This document shows positions 11,913 to 25,253 of a DNA stretch of 64,000 nt, piece by piece. The stretch lies in NCBI RefSeq assembly GCF_964355755.1, contig NC_092677.1, forward strand, positions 10,066,101-10,130,100, in the 5' to 3' direction. How positions within the stretch are numbered: position 1 is the first letter of the stretch; each line of letters starts with the position of its first letter. The notes beneath the pieces are model-generated. The model did no database searches, had not been told where the DNA came from, and saw nothing but the letters and a program-made list of their open reading frames with translations. The translations under genes were made by a program, and so were the position numbers. The stretch comes from Antedon mediterranea. Lineage: Eukaryota; Animalia; Echinodermata.

Positions 11913-14900
11913 ATGTCGGTTGCCTTCGTCCCTCAACGGCAGAGGGGAAGAGCCATGCCTGACCAGGCAACCATACAAAAGGTAGGCTAAAGGAAGGAAA
12001 CACTTGAACTATACTAGGCCTAGGCCTACATTGTAAATAAAAAAATGGGCCTTTTTTATTTTTTGAAAAAATGCTATTCAGAAAGTTCTTTCTCTGACTG
12101 CCTCATTAATATAATAAATAATTTAATAGTTATATGCATCCTAAAATTATTTTATTTAGCCTACCTAATATTAATAATAATAATAGTTGTGCAGTTGTGC
12201 TATAAGCCAAAAGTAAGTAATAATAATATAATAATAATAATAACAGGATTTTTATAGCGCACATACCACTCAAGAGTGCTCAAGGCGCATTAAAATTATT
12301 AAAAAAAATAAAAACAAATCATACAAATGCCTGACAAATAAAATGCAATTTCTTTGGAGGGTCCCCATCCGTTCTCATTCTGTCGCGGTTCCGGACCCCT
12401 ATGTAGGTAACCATGGATGGCATAATAGAATAGTATAATTTATCTCATTTTAAATTTATTCACAGATGCTTGATGAGAACAATCAACTGATACAGACAAT
12501 AGTGGATTTTCAAAATAAAGGAAAAGGTGGAGAGGTTGCTCAGTAAGTAACATCTCTAAACAAGAAAGTATTGTAGATTTTCCATTGTGCTCTGAAGCAG
12601 AAGAATGACTGGTGGACCAGCTACAAGCGGTCATGGTGTACAAAAGCAATCTTTTCACCCTGCTTACTCTTACGACGGCATACCTAAGAACATAATATGT
12701 TGATATTTCCTGTTTTCCATGAACAAGCAGAGTGTAACTAATAAGATAAGATAAGATAACTTTTATTGATCCTCAAAAAGGAAATTCATTGCTCGTCATA
12801 ATAACAAAGAAAACACAATAAAAACAATATAGCATAAAACCATTCATATAAAAACATCTAAAAAATTACAAGATAAAATTATCTTCTTGACTTCCTGTTG
12901 TACTGGATGATACCGGAGGGAATAAAGGATTTAGCAAATCGATTTGTTTTCACACTGAGGAGCCTCAATCTACCACTTGGATTAATAATATTCTCTATGT
13001 TGTTTTGTAGACTTCCTTGAGGCATGACCTATTTAGATAGTTCCTCAATCAGTTTAAAACATAAATTAAAATATATCGTATTATATTTGTTATTTCCCTC
13101 AGATACCAACAGCTTCTACACAGAAACCTGGTGTACCTAGCAACACTAGCAGATTCAAACCAAAATATGCCATCAATTATGGGAGTAAGCTTTCATCTGT
13201 TATTTAAATAGGTTAATAGTTTTGTTAAACACCTAATTATTTTATAGCTTACATGTAATTTAATTCTTGTTATCATTTTATTAGAATCCTCAAGGAAATC
13301 AACCAACGCAGTCACAAGGAATGCTTGGGCCACATCAACAGGGAATGATGGGATCACATCCACAGGGCTTGCCAGGTTCCCACCCACAACCCATGCAGGT
13401 TAACCATCAACAAAACATGTCAGGACATCACCAACAAGGAATGGCAGGTTCTATGTCACAAGGCATGCAAGGATCACATCAACAAGGAATGCAGGGACCA
13501 CATTCGCAAGGTATGCCTGGTCACCACCAGCCAGGAATGTCCGTTCCACATTCATCCAATTTGTCAGGACCACATTCACAAAATATGCCAGGCCCACATT
13601 CACAAAATATGCCAGGCCCACATTCACAAAATATGCCAGGCCCACATCCGCAAAGTATGGCAGGTCATCAACCGAACATGTCAAGTAATCAACAAGGGAT
13701 GCCTGGACCCCATCCTCAAAGCATGCCAGGACAACACCCACAAGGTATGACCAACCCTCATCCGCAAAGTATGCCTGGCCCTCATCCACAGTCAATGTCG
13801 GGCCATCTTCCTCAACAGAGTATTGCTGGTCCACAACATCCTCAACAAAGTATGTCTGGAAACTCTGTTTCAAATATGTTGGCACCAACATCTTCAGGAG
13901 GAATACAGAGTGGTCCTGGGCAACAAAGCCAACAACAGGCATCAACAAACCAAGGACAACAGAGCATGCCTCCTCCAAGCTACACCCCAAGCTCAACTCC
14001 AAACAGTGTTAGTGATTCAGGCTCTGGATCGATGCCACCGCCTGCTGCCCCTCCAACATCATCAGGAATGCCCATGCAACAGCTTCAAGGTAAGAAGAGG
14101 TGGGGTATTTCCCTGAGTAGGGGTTGGACGTATTGTTAAAACATATATTGTTCATTTCATAGAAAAGTGTCAAATTAATAGGGGTGTCCTCTGAATATAG
14201 GTGTCCCAAAGGAGGAATTCTACTTTACCCACACCCAATAAGTTCCAGGCATTTGTATTATATCTATTAACACATCTATTGGCACAGTTTTATTTTATAA
14301 GAAAAGTTTTTTTAAATAGTAATATAATGTATATACTGAGGAATGAGTTTTTTAAATCGCCTAATCCAGGACCATCTCAACAAATGCAGCAACAAATGCA
14401 ACAGCTTCAACAGCAACCACCACAGCAGCAGTCAATGCCACCATCACAGGCACAGCAGCAACCTCAGCATTCTGCTGCAGGATCACAGTCAATGAACACA
14501 CCTAGTAGGTTCTCTGATAGCATGGGCGGTGGTGCGCCAGCACCGGGCAATTACGGGTCCATGGGACCACCGCAAGGTAAAGGTAACTAGGCTGGAATTT
14601 ATCATTTTGATTGAAACATAGTTAAGCAGTGCTTTTTTTATCAAACCATTTTTTTTAGGCAAGTTTGATAAATCTATTCTGTATTATCAAATCCTAATTA
14701 ATGCTTGTTAATGACAATCCGACTGTCAATTAAATTGTTTGTCAATTTTGGCTTTGATATTTAAATTATTTGTGTATTTGATTACAGGAGGAATGATGGG
14801 TATGCAGCAACAGATGCAGCAGCAGCAACAACAACAACAATCCCAGTACCCAATGCAGCCCAGGTATCCATCTCAAGGTGGAAATCAAATGATGCCACAA

Positions 14901-15544
14901 GAACAACAACAACAAATGGGATTCAGAGGGCAACAGCAATCAGGTATGCTTAACCTTACTTGTATTCAATATAAATCTAGTTTATTCCGGTTTTATACAA
15001 TAAATCCAGTTTATTCTGATTTTCTACAATAAATCAAATTTATTCCGGTTTATTGCAATAAATCTGGTTTATTGCAAAACAATCCAGTTTATTCCGGTTT
15101 ATTGCAATCCAGTTTAGTTTGGTTAATTGCAATCTAGTTTATTCTGATTTATTGTAATAGATCCAGTCCAGTCAAATTTACTGGTTAATTTCAGTTTATT
15201 TTGGTTAGTTACATTCCAGTTTATTTTGTTTTTTTTTAGTTATATTATACAATTTTTCTTCAGGTCAAACCTCATACAACCAGTCACAGAATTTCTTACC
15301 ACAATATCCTGGACAACAAAGCTATCCATCCCAGATGCAGCGACAGAACTACCCACAGGGCCCCAACATGCCATCCGGTAACCAATACTCTGGTAGCCAA
15401 CCTGGTGGTTATGGCAACTACCAACAAAGCCAAGGAGGTCCACCAGGATATGCATACAGACAACCACAGCCAGGTCAGCAGCAGCAGCAACAACCTGGTT
15501 ATGGGGGTTTCCCACAGGGTCAGTACCCAGGTGGTTACCAATGA
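11913..15544 (+). CDS. SS18: SS18/SSXT (BAF complex subunit), 7 exons
   Basis: Exons 11913-11981 (MSVAFVPQRQRGR), 12466-12542 (MLDENNQLIQTIVDFQNKGK), 13103-13184 (YQQLLHRNLVYLATLADSNQN), 13285-14089, 14370-14576, 14788-14943, 15264-15544. SNH domain followed by a QPGY/M-rich tail. Confidence 0.95.
12741..13030 (-). mobile_element. 3' remnant of a non-LTR retrotransposon in SS18 intron 2
   Basis: Minus strand encodes ...PSGRLRLLSVKTNRFAKSFIPSGI, typical of LINE RT C-termini, followed by an (ATCTT)n tail. Confidence 0.6.
14972..15225. repeat. Degenerate minisatellite (CCAGTTTATTCCGGTTTATTGCAAT-like) in SS18 intron 6
   Basis: Repeated cagtttatt / ccggtttatt motifs. Confidence 0.75.
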
Positions 15545-15950
15545 AGGGTTTGGAATTGTCCTGGACACTTAAAAACAACTTGTTACGCTGGAATCATAGC
15601 TGATTTTTTGTACTGTATCTATATAAAGTATAATAGGCATATTGCGTAATATAGGAAAGTCTCCTGTGATACCTGTATCATAAACTGCAAGCCTAAGCTA
15701 ACATAATACAGGCACCACATGTGATACACATGTGACACTGTATTATAGACCATTTCTGCTTTTCGGATTAATTACTACAATCTTTCGGTCATGATTGCAA
15801 TGGCCAGCCATATGATTTTGGCGAAAAACACTAACAACAACCAAATTGGATTCCGATACTACAGCTGGGGTGATATGAAACATTGCTTATAGCTTTACTT
15901 GATAAATTAAAATAATTTCCAAAATGTTCTAAAGTTTTTACAAAGGTTAA

Positions 15951-16285
15951 AGGGGAGCTCCGGGTTTAAAATTTTGCTTGTTATAAAATATAGAAAATAA
16001 ACTTTTACAAAAACATTGGAACCCCTAATTATTTTTCGACAGCACTGAAGAGGCAAAATGAATGTTGTGAAATAAGCTGCGTTTTTTTTAACAAATACTG
16101 TAATGCAACTTTTTCGTAATGATACAAATTTTAATGATTTTTAATGTCATACAATCATTATTTGGATAAAATTTGTGTATTTGCTCTCTTTTAACACAAG
16201 AATAGTTCATGAGGCTTATTTCATAAGTGAGGTTAACATCAATGTATATTTATAATATAAACAACAGAAATCCTGGAACCACCCT
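15951..16285. mobile_element. Kolobok-like MITE between the SS18 and sulfotransferase 3' ends
   Basis: TTAA|AGGGGAGCTCCGGGTTT ... AAATCCTGGAACCACCCT|TTAA; TTAA on both sides, AG..CT termini, imperfect TIRs. Confidence 0.6.
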
Positions 16286-16433
16286 TTAAAAGTAATAGTA
16301 AAAAGAAAATGTCATAATACTTAAATACTACAATAAAAATGAAACAATAAGGTTATGTATACATAGTCATTGTATTACGCTTTACATGCTAATATTTATT
16401 AAACTGATGAAGTTATTTGAAAGTGATTTTTAT

Positions 16434-18672
16434 TTATTTAAAGAGAGGGTGAAGATATTTGGAAAAATACTTATTTCTTTGTCGGGCTATTACAATGTGC
16501 AACACTTCATTATTTCGTTTGAGAAGTTTACATCGTGAAGGTTCGTTGGCTCCTAAATTGTTCCCGCCAGATCGTTCAGTAGCACATTCACTATTCATCT
16601 GAACCAGCATTGTCCGAAACAAATTAAGATCTCTTTGAAAGTGAGGACCATAGTGAGCAACCTTATTCCATAGAGTTTGATTAAAGTGTGTGTAAAGTAA
16701 CATATCAACTGAATTCCAATGTTGGATTGATTCTGTAAGATTCTGCGTCAATGGTGTTCTAGCTAGTCGTGCGTTCTGTTTTATGTACAAAATGTCCTCC
16801 CATGACCAGCAAAGCAGTTGTCGAAGAATCACCAATGATTCGTCCAAGTGCTCTAAAATAACAACCATTTCAAATTCCTTATCAAGCCGTTGAATATATC
16901 TGTCTACTACTTCTAAATCGCCGTGATACTCGTGGTCTAACCCAAGATCAAAGATCTGGCTGTTCTTTGCGTGAAACCACGGAACACCTTTCATTCCGTA
17001 CCAAGTAACATATTTTAACTTTTTCCGGTAAGAATCGGGTTTGCGAAAGAATTCTTCAAGACGCTGTTGTCCGGTTAATTCTTTACTAATACCCATGTAT
17101 TTTGATAGTTCGAAAAATGAGAAGGCAGATTCGAACTGAGTGGTCGGTTCCCGGATTATTGTAATATACACGGTGCCTGGTTTCATGAATGCGTCCATGA
17201 CTGGTCTGGAGTAACGTATATGTATCCCCAATAGGTTGTATTTATAATTTTTGTAATCTTTAATGCTAACACCCAAAGGTGGTAAAAAACTATACTTAGC
17301 CATGTCGCTGGAAAGTCCTTTTAAAATTCCGACGTGACCATTCATTGTACTATTTTTACTGAAAACAAATGAGAGGTTGTTACGGTATCCAAAAATATCT
17401 ATTATACTAGCTAAGGTGGTGCTACCAGTTTTATGTGTTTTTATATATGCAATGTTTGTATGCATTGAGCAAGTTTTGGTCATGTGCTGTCCCTCGTCAC
17501 TCCAACTCGATAGGAAATCCTCAAAACCATTCGAAGTAAGCCTACTGCCATTTTGTCTGTAAATAATAAATATTCGTTAGTACATTGACGGACATCGATT
17601 GAATTATAGATTATTAATATTATAGTTATACGATAACTGTGTTAAATATTGAAGTTTAGCTCCAGTTTTAGAATGTCTATTGTTTTGAGGTCATGGGCTT
17701 ATGCTATTACAAAACTCGTTCTGCATCTGCATCACTGTCAAATGTTGTTGCAATATGTTTGATGTGCCCATGTTGTAGATGTTATATCACTACCATATCA
17801 CTACCATATTTGGGCACATTAAACTTTTTTGTCGAACTAGTTTGATAGTGTAGACAGAGCTTGAATGCATTATCGATTCTATAGGCAGCACAAGAAGCAT
17901 GGCATATTGATCGATCAAAGGAATTAATCAATTCAATTGGTCCTTCATGCGGAGATTATCGATTGAGTATGCTTTTCAACTTACTTATTTGGGCTTCCAT
18001 AATTTCTGTCCGGTAGAATCAATTGTGACTTCTCTTGATTATAATAAGAATAAGTTATTAAGACTAACAAAGTCATCATTACGAAAGCATATAGTAATCT
18101 CTGTAAACACAAGTTGAAATTGTAAGTTAAAAATGTATATATAATAATAAATTTCACTACAAGTTATAGATGATCTTCATTGCCGATGTTCTTGTTGAGT
18201 TATTGGTGTATAACAATAAATAAAATGTGTTAACAATATATCATTATTTTGCTTATCATCATGTTCAAAATATACAGTGTCTTAAAATAAGTATTATTAA
18301 GCAGATGGCACTCTATAAAGCTTGGTTCCCACTAGAACGTGAGAGCAACGCAAGCGAATTGTTGACCAATGAAGCGCGTCAAGTTCGGATAATCCGTCGC
18401 GTGATTGGTCGACTTACTTATTGCGCGCGCTGACTTAAGCTTGATTCCCTCGTTTACTTAAATGTAATTAAAAACTTCCGTATATATTGAGCATAAATTA
18501 GGCGTACTGATGAATCAATGAATCAATTAATACGTACTTTAAGACAGTATAAGTTCCTCCTTTGCTTGACAGGCCTATATAGTCCGGTCCTCATGCTAAC
18601 AGGATGAAACTGGGTTAGGTATGGACTTAGCCTATTCGTATGGGATCGACTGCTGGATTCTGTTACCTCCAT
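16434..18672 (-). CDS. Galactose-3-O-sulfotransferase family (GAL3ST-like) type II membrane protein, 3 coding exons
   Basis: Exons 18538-18672 (alternative ATG at 18594), 17985-18100 (TM segment LLYAFVMMTLLVLITY), 16434-17556 (KTHKTGSTT 5'-PAPS motif, TIIREP 3'-PB motif, DESLVILRQLLCW, WNSVDMLLYTHFN). Confidence 0.9.
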
Positions 18673-20814
18673 GACAAATTCTACATTGACACATTTAATG
18701 AAAGCAAGAATGAATGAACCATGTATTAATCAAGTAATTAAAACAATATACTTTAAAAATCAATACAGTTAACACTTTGATTGAGACCTACACTTACCAT
18801 TTAAAAAAAATGAATTAGACCTATCGATCGTATGGAACTGAGCCTAAACTTGTGGCGTCGAAATCGAATAGGCTGAGAGTACTCTGTGCCTGTATATTAT
18901 AATGTATTTTATCTTGTATACTTGCCTAAAAGATAAACACCAGGGGCAGAATTAAGACTAAAGCTCTGTCTACACTATCAAACTTTATTTAAAAAAAAAA
19001 TGTGATGTGCTCATGTGGACATGATGATGTCATAGCACTACAATATTTAAGCATATCACTTTCATATTTGGGCGCATCGCACTTTTTAAAAGTAGCTTGA
19101 TAGTGTATGTAGACACACAGCTTAAGATGTTTGAAGGAATGTTTCTATGCCCTCCAAGTATTTGTTCCCTTGGCAGATAGCCGGCCTATAGGCGGAACTC
19201 TTTTGCCTCAGTTTATAACCTATTCGGTTTTCAGAAAATCCAAATTTCAACTGGAGGTCACAACACATGTACATTATAACAGTGAGTTATACATAGTAAC
19301 TAGTCTAGGCCATAGACCTACTATCCATTCATATCTATCTGCTATTAGAAAGTATACAACACGCTACAATTAGCAAATGAACGTGATGATTCTGTAACTG
19401 TAGCGTGGATGATTGTTCAATCACTATAATTTAACTGTTCCATGACTAATGAAATGTATAGCCTACCTTTAAATGTCAGCTAGCATGCACACATCAGTAT
19501 GAATGGGACACGTCCACCCGAACAAAATGCATGATATCTCCATTAATCAATAATGAATCATTAAATCAAAATTAATATAATCGACATGTTAGGCTAATGT
19601 CATGTGTCAGGATTTTTCTTCATATCATTAACAATGTTATTTTGTGCTAAATTTTATTATTAAGTTTATCCAAGTTTTGGCATTTTTATAAATTGTCACG
19701 ATTGTTGTAATTCAGTTTTTTTAAACTATAAAATACAAGAACACTAATTGAAATAAATAAACCTTGATTATTATAACATTACTACTTCACTCCCAAATAC
19801 GTAATAAGACTTTGAGAGTCTTGTGTAGGCCTATATGTTCTGTCGTGTGAACAGCATTGCCACCTTCAAGAAAGATAGTCAAGCATTTTTGCTAATGGCA
19901 ATTTGCAAAAATTTAATTATTTTTATAAAATTAATAAGTATGTACAATTCACTAATTTACTACTGTAGTAAATACACTTTTACTGCCACCACGTAGGCCC
20001 TATAATTTTATTTTTTCCTCTTTCAAAATTTTTTAAATATTTTTTGTAATGTAGTTTAGTTAAGTAAGTTAACAGTGCGTATGAGTACCCCAAAAGCTTT
20101 CCATAGGCCTAATACTAAAGCCTATTTTCCACTAGGCGAATCACGAACGCATCAGCTTATACGCATGCGTATTCATGTTTCCATCTTCCAATCCCTCTCT
20201 ACTACGCATGCGTATAAGCTGATTCGATTCGCGCGAACAAATTCACCTATAAAAATAGGCTTGCGTGAATTGTGGACGCTAAATCTAGTTACCATTATAA
20301 TAATTTTGACGTGGTCTCTCGTCTCACCTAAAAATGATTATCATCAATTGAGAGAACCGTAAGCCTATATCGGAGGACACAATGTATTAATAAAAACAAT
20401 AAACAAATATATTTTTTCAAACATTTTTGTTAAATTAATTCTATATTTAACATAGGCCTATAATACTTAGTGCCTACCACTATTATTTCAATTATTATCA
20501 ATATAATGACTGTTATAATATTAATAAACTAGCTATCAAACTACAACGATGAACCTTAATATGCATTTTAATTATCAGTGAGGCCATGAATATTATTAGT
20601 AGGCCTAGTATTTATTGATATTCATAACAGAGGACCATTGCTGCTAAAGCCAATTACTACAATATATAATATTACTGTTAAATTGTATATTTCTATAAAT
20701 TATTAATCCATTCTTGTATCCCTTTAGGCCTATAAACCGTGTTTATGTATCCAGAACCCAAGGAAAACGCCCATGAGCGGCCTCGACAGTGCTGTATAGG
20801 ATGTGAAATTATAA

Positions 20815-22813
20815 TCAGTTGTGATGTAGCGACAATCGGAAAACTAAATTCAAAACGACCCAGGAATTCTTCTCTTGTTTCAAATAAAACGATTCAGTAA
20901 AATAATGTGGAGAATCATTATCAAACTGAAAAATATAATAATGTAGAATTCTTAAATATATATATTCAGCCTGTTACGTTAAATCTATTGCATCATCGTA
21001 AAGCTACTTTTCACACGACGACGCCGCTCAGTTCTGTATTCAAATTCCACAAGTGTGAATGCAGCTCTATAGGCCTACTCTACATTTACCGCCTTCACTG
21101 GCAAAGCTTAGGTCGAGTTTACACACGTACGTAACATGTGTTTTACCTTGATTTACCTTGACCTTTAGACTATAAACCTGTTAAGGTTTGTGAGTCCCTC
21201 TTTGAACATCTTGGTTATATGGCTCAAACTTTAGGTTGTGGGTTTTCCAGTGTGTTTCAAGATGGGTTTTAAAATTATTTATAGAGGATGCATTTACTAT
21301 ATGATATGGCAAACTATTCCAATCATTTACTGCAGATATTGAAAAGAATTTCTGTCTGTGTTTCGATTTACTATGAACTTTTTTAATTTTAAAATTGTGG
21401 CCTCTAGTTACAGTTGTTTTGAATGGTGTCTGTATTGTGTGCTGTGTACGTGTGTGTATTTAAAGTTTTCTAGGCGATATAACTATTATTATAATATGGT
21501 TAACATTGAAAACCAAATTTAATTACCTTAAGTTGTCCGTTAACTTGTACGAATACGCCATTGTCAACAGTAAGTTGCGAATCAATATTTGATGTAACGT
21601 GCATGGTATTACTTGGTAAACTCTAAAAAAATAATTGTTTTAAGAAAAAAACATAGAAATTCTGTTTGCTCTGTTGGCGGAGAACAATATCCAACGGATA
21701 CAGCACGAACTCAAAACAAAAACATTACAAAAAATGTCTACATGATGTTTAAGGCTCTAATAGCTCCTGGAAAGAAACTATTTGTAAATCGTGGCTTATT
21801 GGCCTTAATAGAACGAAATCGCCGACCGCTGCGCATCAACTGGAACATACTAGAGGCCGGATGAAATTGATCATCTTTGATAGCCACTGCCTTTTTCAGA
21901 AGACAATCCGAAAAATTGTTCTCCAAATGCAGATCCAATTATACACGATGCGGTCTTGACTATTTTATTTAGGTCACGCTTTTCATTTTCGGTAGCGCCT
22001 ACCGAACCATCCGTTAAAGATACGTTATGCCACTCTCTATAACTGACCTATAGAAAGACGACATAATTGCAGAGTTTATACCATGACCTAAGTCTACGTA
22101 GGAAGTAGATTCTTCTTTGGGCATTTCTAATAATGTTGCTGACTCCTGACTCAAGTAGTGATGACTACGAGGAGAGCATGATCCGTAATGTTTTTCAATT
22201 TATAACACAATGTGTACATTATTAATTTTTACAAATGAAATAAGGAGCCAAAGAGGTTACTCGGCGTATAGGCTGCCTCTTCTCATAGATTTTATTGTGA
22301 AGATGTGTTATTAAAAATGTTGAGTGATGATGATGTTAAAATAGTCTCGAATTATAGTAGGTTTGTCTTGATAATGCCTTTGATTTGTTTACGTCGGTTG
22401 GTTAAAAAAAACCCGTATTCTTTGTACTGTACCTTCAACTTATCTATTATGTTTTTTTTCCCAATAAGCCTTTCACCTTCAAAAGTCATTGTCGAAACAT
22501 CAACCTGTGACATAAAAATAATATGTTATTGTGCTGTCATTGTCTGAAAGGGCATTTTCTTACGTTGCGTAGATTGCGTTATACGTTGGGTCGCTAGTGG
22601 GAACAAGCTTTATGACGTCTTTGTTACGTCTTTAGCGCGCAAGAATTTCTCAAATTTGTTATAAGTACAAACAGTGAAGTACGAATAGTGAAGTACGAAT
22701 AGGCCTAGTGTTTTACTCACAAATAAACTTTCCAACTTTGAACGGTCCTTGTCATATGTTTCATAATAATATGTTGCGAACTGCACACCGACTGAATCTG
22801 CATTAATAGACAT
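20815..22813 (-). CDS. NUTF2: Nuclear transport factor 2-like, paralogue A (123 aa), 4 exons
   Basis: Exons 22721-22813 (MSINADSVGVQFATYYYETYDKDRSKLESLF), 22433-22504 (STMTFEGERLIGKKNIIDKLK), 21527-21622 (SLP...IDSQLTVDNGVFVQVNGQLK), 20815-20925 (FDNDSPHYFTESFYLK...FRLSLHHN*); all phase 0. Confidence 0.88.
21140..21430 (-). mobile_element. CR1-type LINE 3' fragment in NTF2-A intron 3
   Basis: Encodes TRGHNFKIKK...FFSISAVNDWNSLPYHIVNASSINNFKTHL, a characteristic CR1 ORF2 C-terminus, followed by a short AAGGT-repeat tail. Confidence 0.75.
21650..22190 (-). mobile_element. Degenerate 5'-truncated LINE (RT C-terminal region, Rex1/L2-like) in NTF2-A intron 2
   Basis: NAQRRIYFLRRL ... DQFHPASSMFQLMRSGRRFRSIKANKPRFTNSFFPGAIRALN with frameshifts and stops. 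Confidence 0.75.
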
Positions 22814-25253
22814 CTTGAAAACTGTTATCAACCAGCAATACCAACGCCTGTAAATGAAAACGAATTAGTGGGCATAAACGACCGATTCAATTGTAAAAGC
22901 ATACCGACCAATCAACGCTTAACAAGCATTTTTACGATATAATTATTAATACAAATTAACCTAATTTCATGAGTGGTTCAGGGTTGTTATTTGCACAATC
23001 CATCGCTTCTTTTGATCAATTCTTTTTGTAATGTTGATCCGCAGTATATCAAATAGTTAGGTTCTAAGAGGATTTTGTGTAGAAAATCTAATTCCCACGA
23101 GATATACGCATTGATACCATTGTTTAATTTTAAATTGATGGTCACTTCTTGATTTTAAAATTCATTCAGGCCAAGAGTTAAGTCTGGTCTCTTGTTATAT
23201 TCAAGATCTTGATCCAGTCTTTTTTTGTGACGTTAAGTCTACACACATGCAATTATTCTTCCTTCAAAAGTCACAAAAAAAAAAAAAAAATCACAATCCG
23301 GTCAAACTATAGCCTACCTGCATAAAATGACAGAAAACTTAACTTCAATTACCTTGACTTGAGGCCTTCTATACTGTAGTCCATTCAATGGTTAAAAAGC
23401 CCCTTTTAATGTATCCAACAGAGTTGTATCCAAGGATTGGGAGAACTCCACAGTTTGAATGAATGTTTAAAGTACGAAATAAAGCGCGCTTATTTTGTCA
23501 CGCCGATTTTGTCACGTGGATTGAGGAATGGATGTTTACACATACCCTGTATTCAGCTAGGTTGGAAAGAAAGGTTGCACTAGCAAGAAAAACAAACGTA
23601 CAACACCCCTTTTTCAAATTTCTACTTTCCACGGGAAAATATTTTATCTCCGTGGACGGTTTCCGCTCAGGATAGATACAGATTCTACATGTATATCAGG
23701 GCTTATTTTACAACTCCCTAATGGGACACGGTTTTCCGCTTCGTACCGTTTACCACTCGTCTGTGTAAATTGGTCTTAAGTCTCGATTTAATATCCCGTC
23801 AGCCAGTTAGTTCATCAGAGTCTTGATTTCTTCACCCCGTATCAGCCAATAAAAGCTTGCCTGTGATATCACGTGCTATTACCTTGCCAACAAAAAGACA
23901 TTTACAAAAACCCTACAATCAGTTTAGAAAACACATACTTTATTAATGTAAGTGAAACATGCGTACGGTTCAATGTGTATTATTATTAGGGCCTAAATAA
24001 AACGAAATCTGTACCAACAATCAATCAAAACAGAGTTCATTATTTTGTTGCGCTACAGTGGATATTTTTTTATTAAGCATGCCAAAATACTTTCCAATTA
24101 ATTAGCTTTAGAATTTTAATATGGTCTAATTTTGTTAATATTATTGTGATTTACTGTATATACTGTAGTTTTTTCCAATTTTCAGAGCTACATATTTCGA
24201 TTTTTTGAAAAAAAGAAAACCAGACCCTTGCGGGGAACTGTAGTTTATGTCTGTCATGGAAACTGTTTCATCGAATTTACATTTTTTTGGATGAAATTAT
24301 ACACGCATAAAGTAAAATGATTTGAATTATATTCTATAAAAATTTATGCACTAACTATCAACCATCTTAAAATTAAAACACATTGCAATCTGCATATTTT
24401 AAATAATTTCACAATAAAAGCATCATACAAAATAATGGAGTAATGCACTGTGTTATGAAAAGTGATAATTTTAAAAGTTAATATAATTTTTCCAAAGCTA
24501 CTTTATTTATAATTTCCTGAATATTATTATCAATATAACGAAGTAAAGAATATTTATGAAAACATCACTGTTTATTTGTACATATTTGTGTAAACATTAA
24601 ATATATTATTATTACCAAGTGCTGAAAAAAACCCCAAAAAAGTGGTTTCAATAAAATCGCTAAACACTCTTGTTAAACAATGTGACAGCTTAAAACTCCA
24701 TCCCGTTTTTTTGTGATGGAACAATAGTGTACGCCACAGCGAATGCTCTGGTAAGTATCAAATACAAATCTCGCTTTTCGCAATACATACACCTTCACCC
24801 GATTTAAAGTTGAATTACCATTGCATTGTGGATGATTTTAAGTGCATTGTGGATGGTTTACATACATTGCACAAACATGGTAATCAAATCATTTTGTTTT
24901 ACTGAAAGTTTACTTATCTTAAGTAGAATATTAGTTTTTTCAAAAAGGCAAAATATCTACTGTACTAATAATTCAATTTGAGTTCCCACAGTAAGAATTG
25001 ATGGCACGGCATGACATGTTGACTTAAATATCTACTAATTCAATTTTAGTTCCCACAGTAAGAATTGATGACACGCCATAGCATGTTGACTTAACATGAA
25101 AAAACGGACGTTCTTGGTGTAAGGTATACAAAACATAAGAGATTTAATACGTGGTAATGAATTTATCCCAACCAGAATTTTACACCCATCTGTTAATAGG
25201 TCATTAGAAAAAAAAAAGATGGGGCACGTGCATTTGAGAAAATGTTTATATTC

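Noticed and set aside
13451-14002. 183-aa antisense ORF
   Set aside because: Shadow of the repetitive SS18 exon 4.
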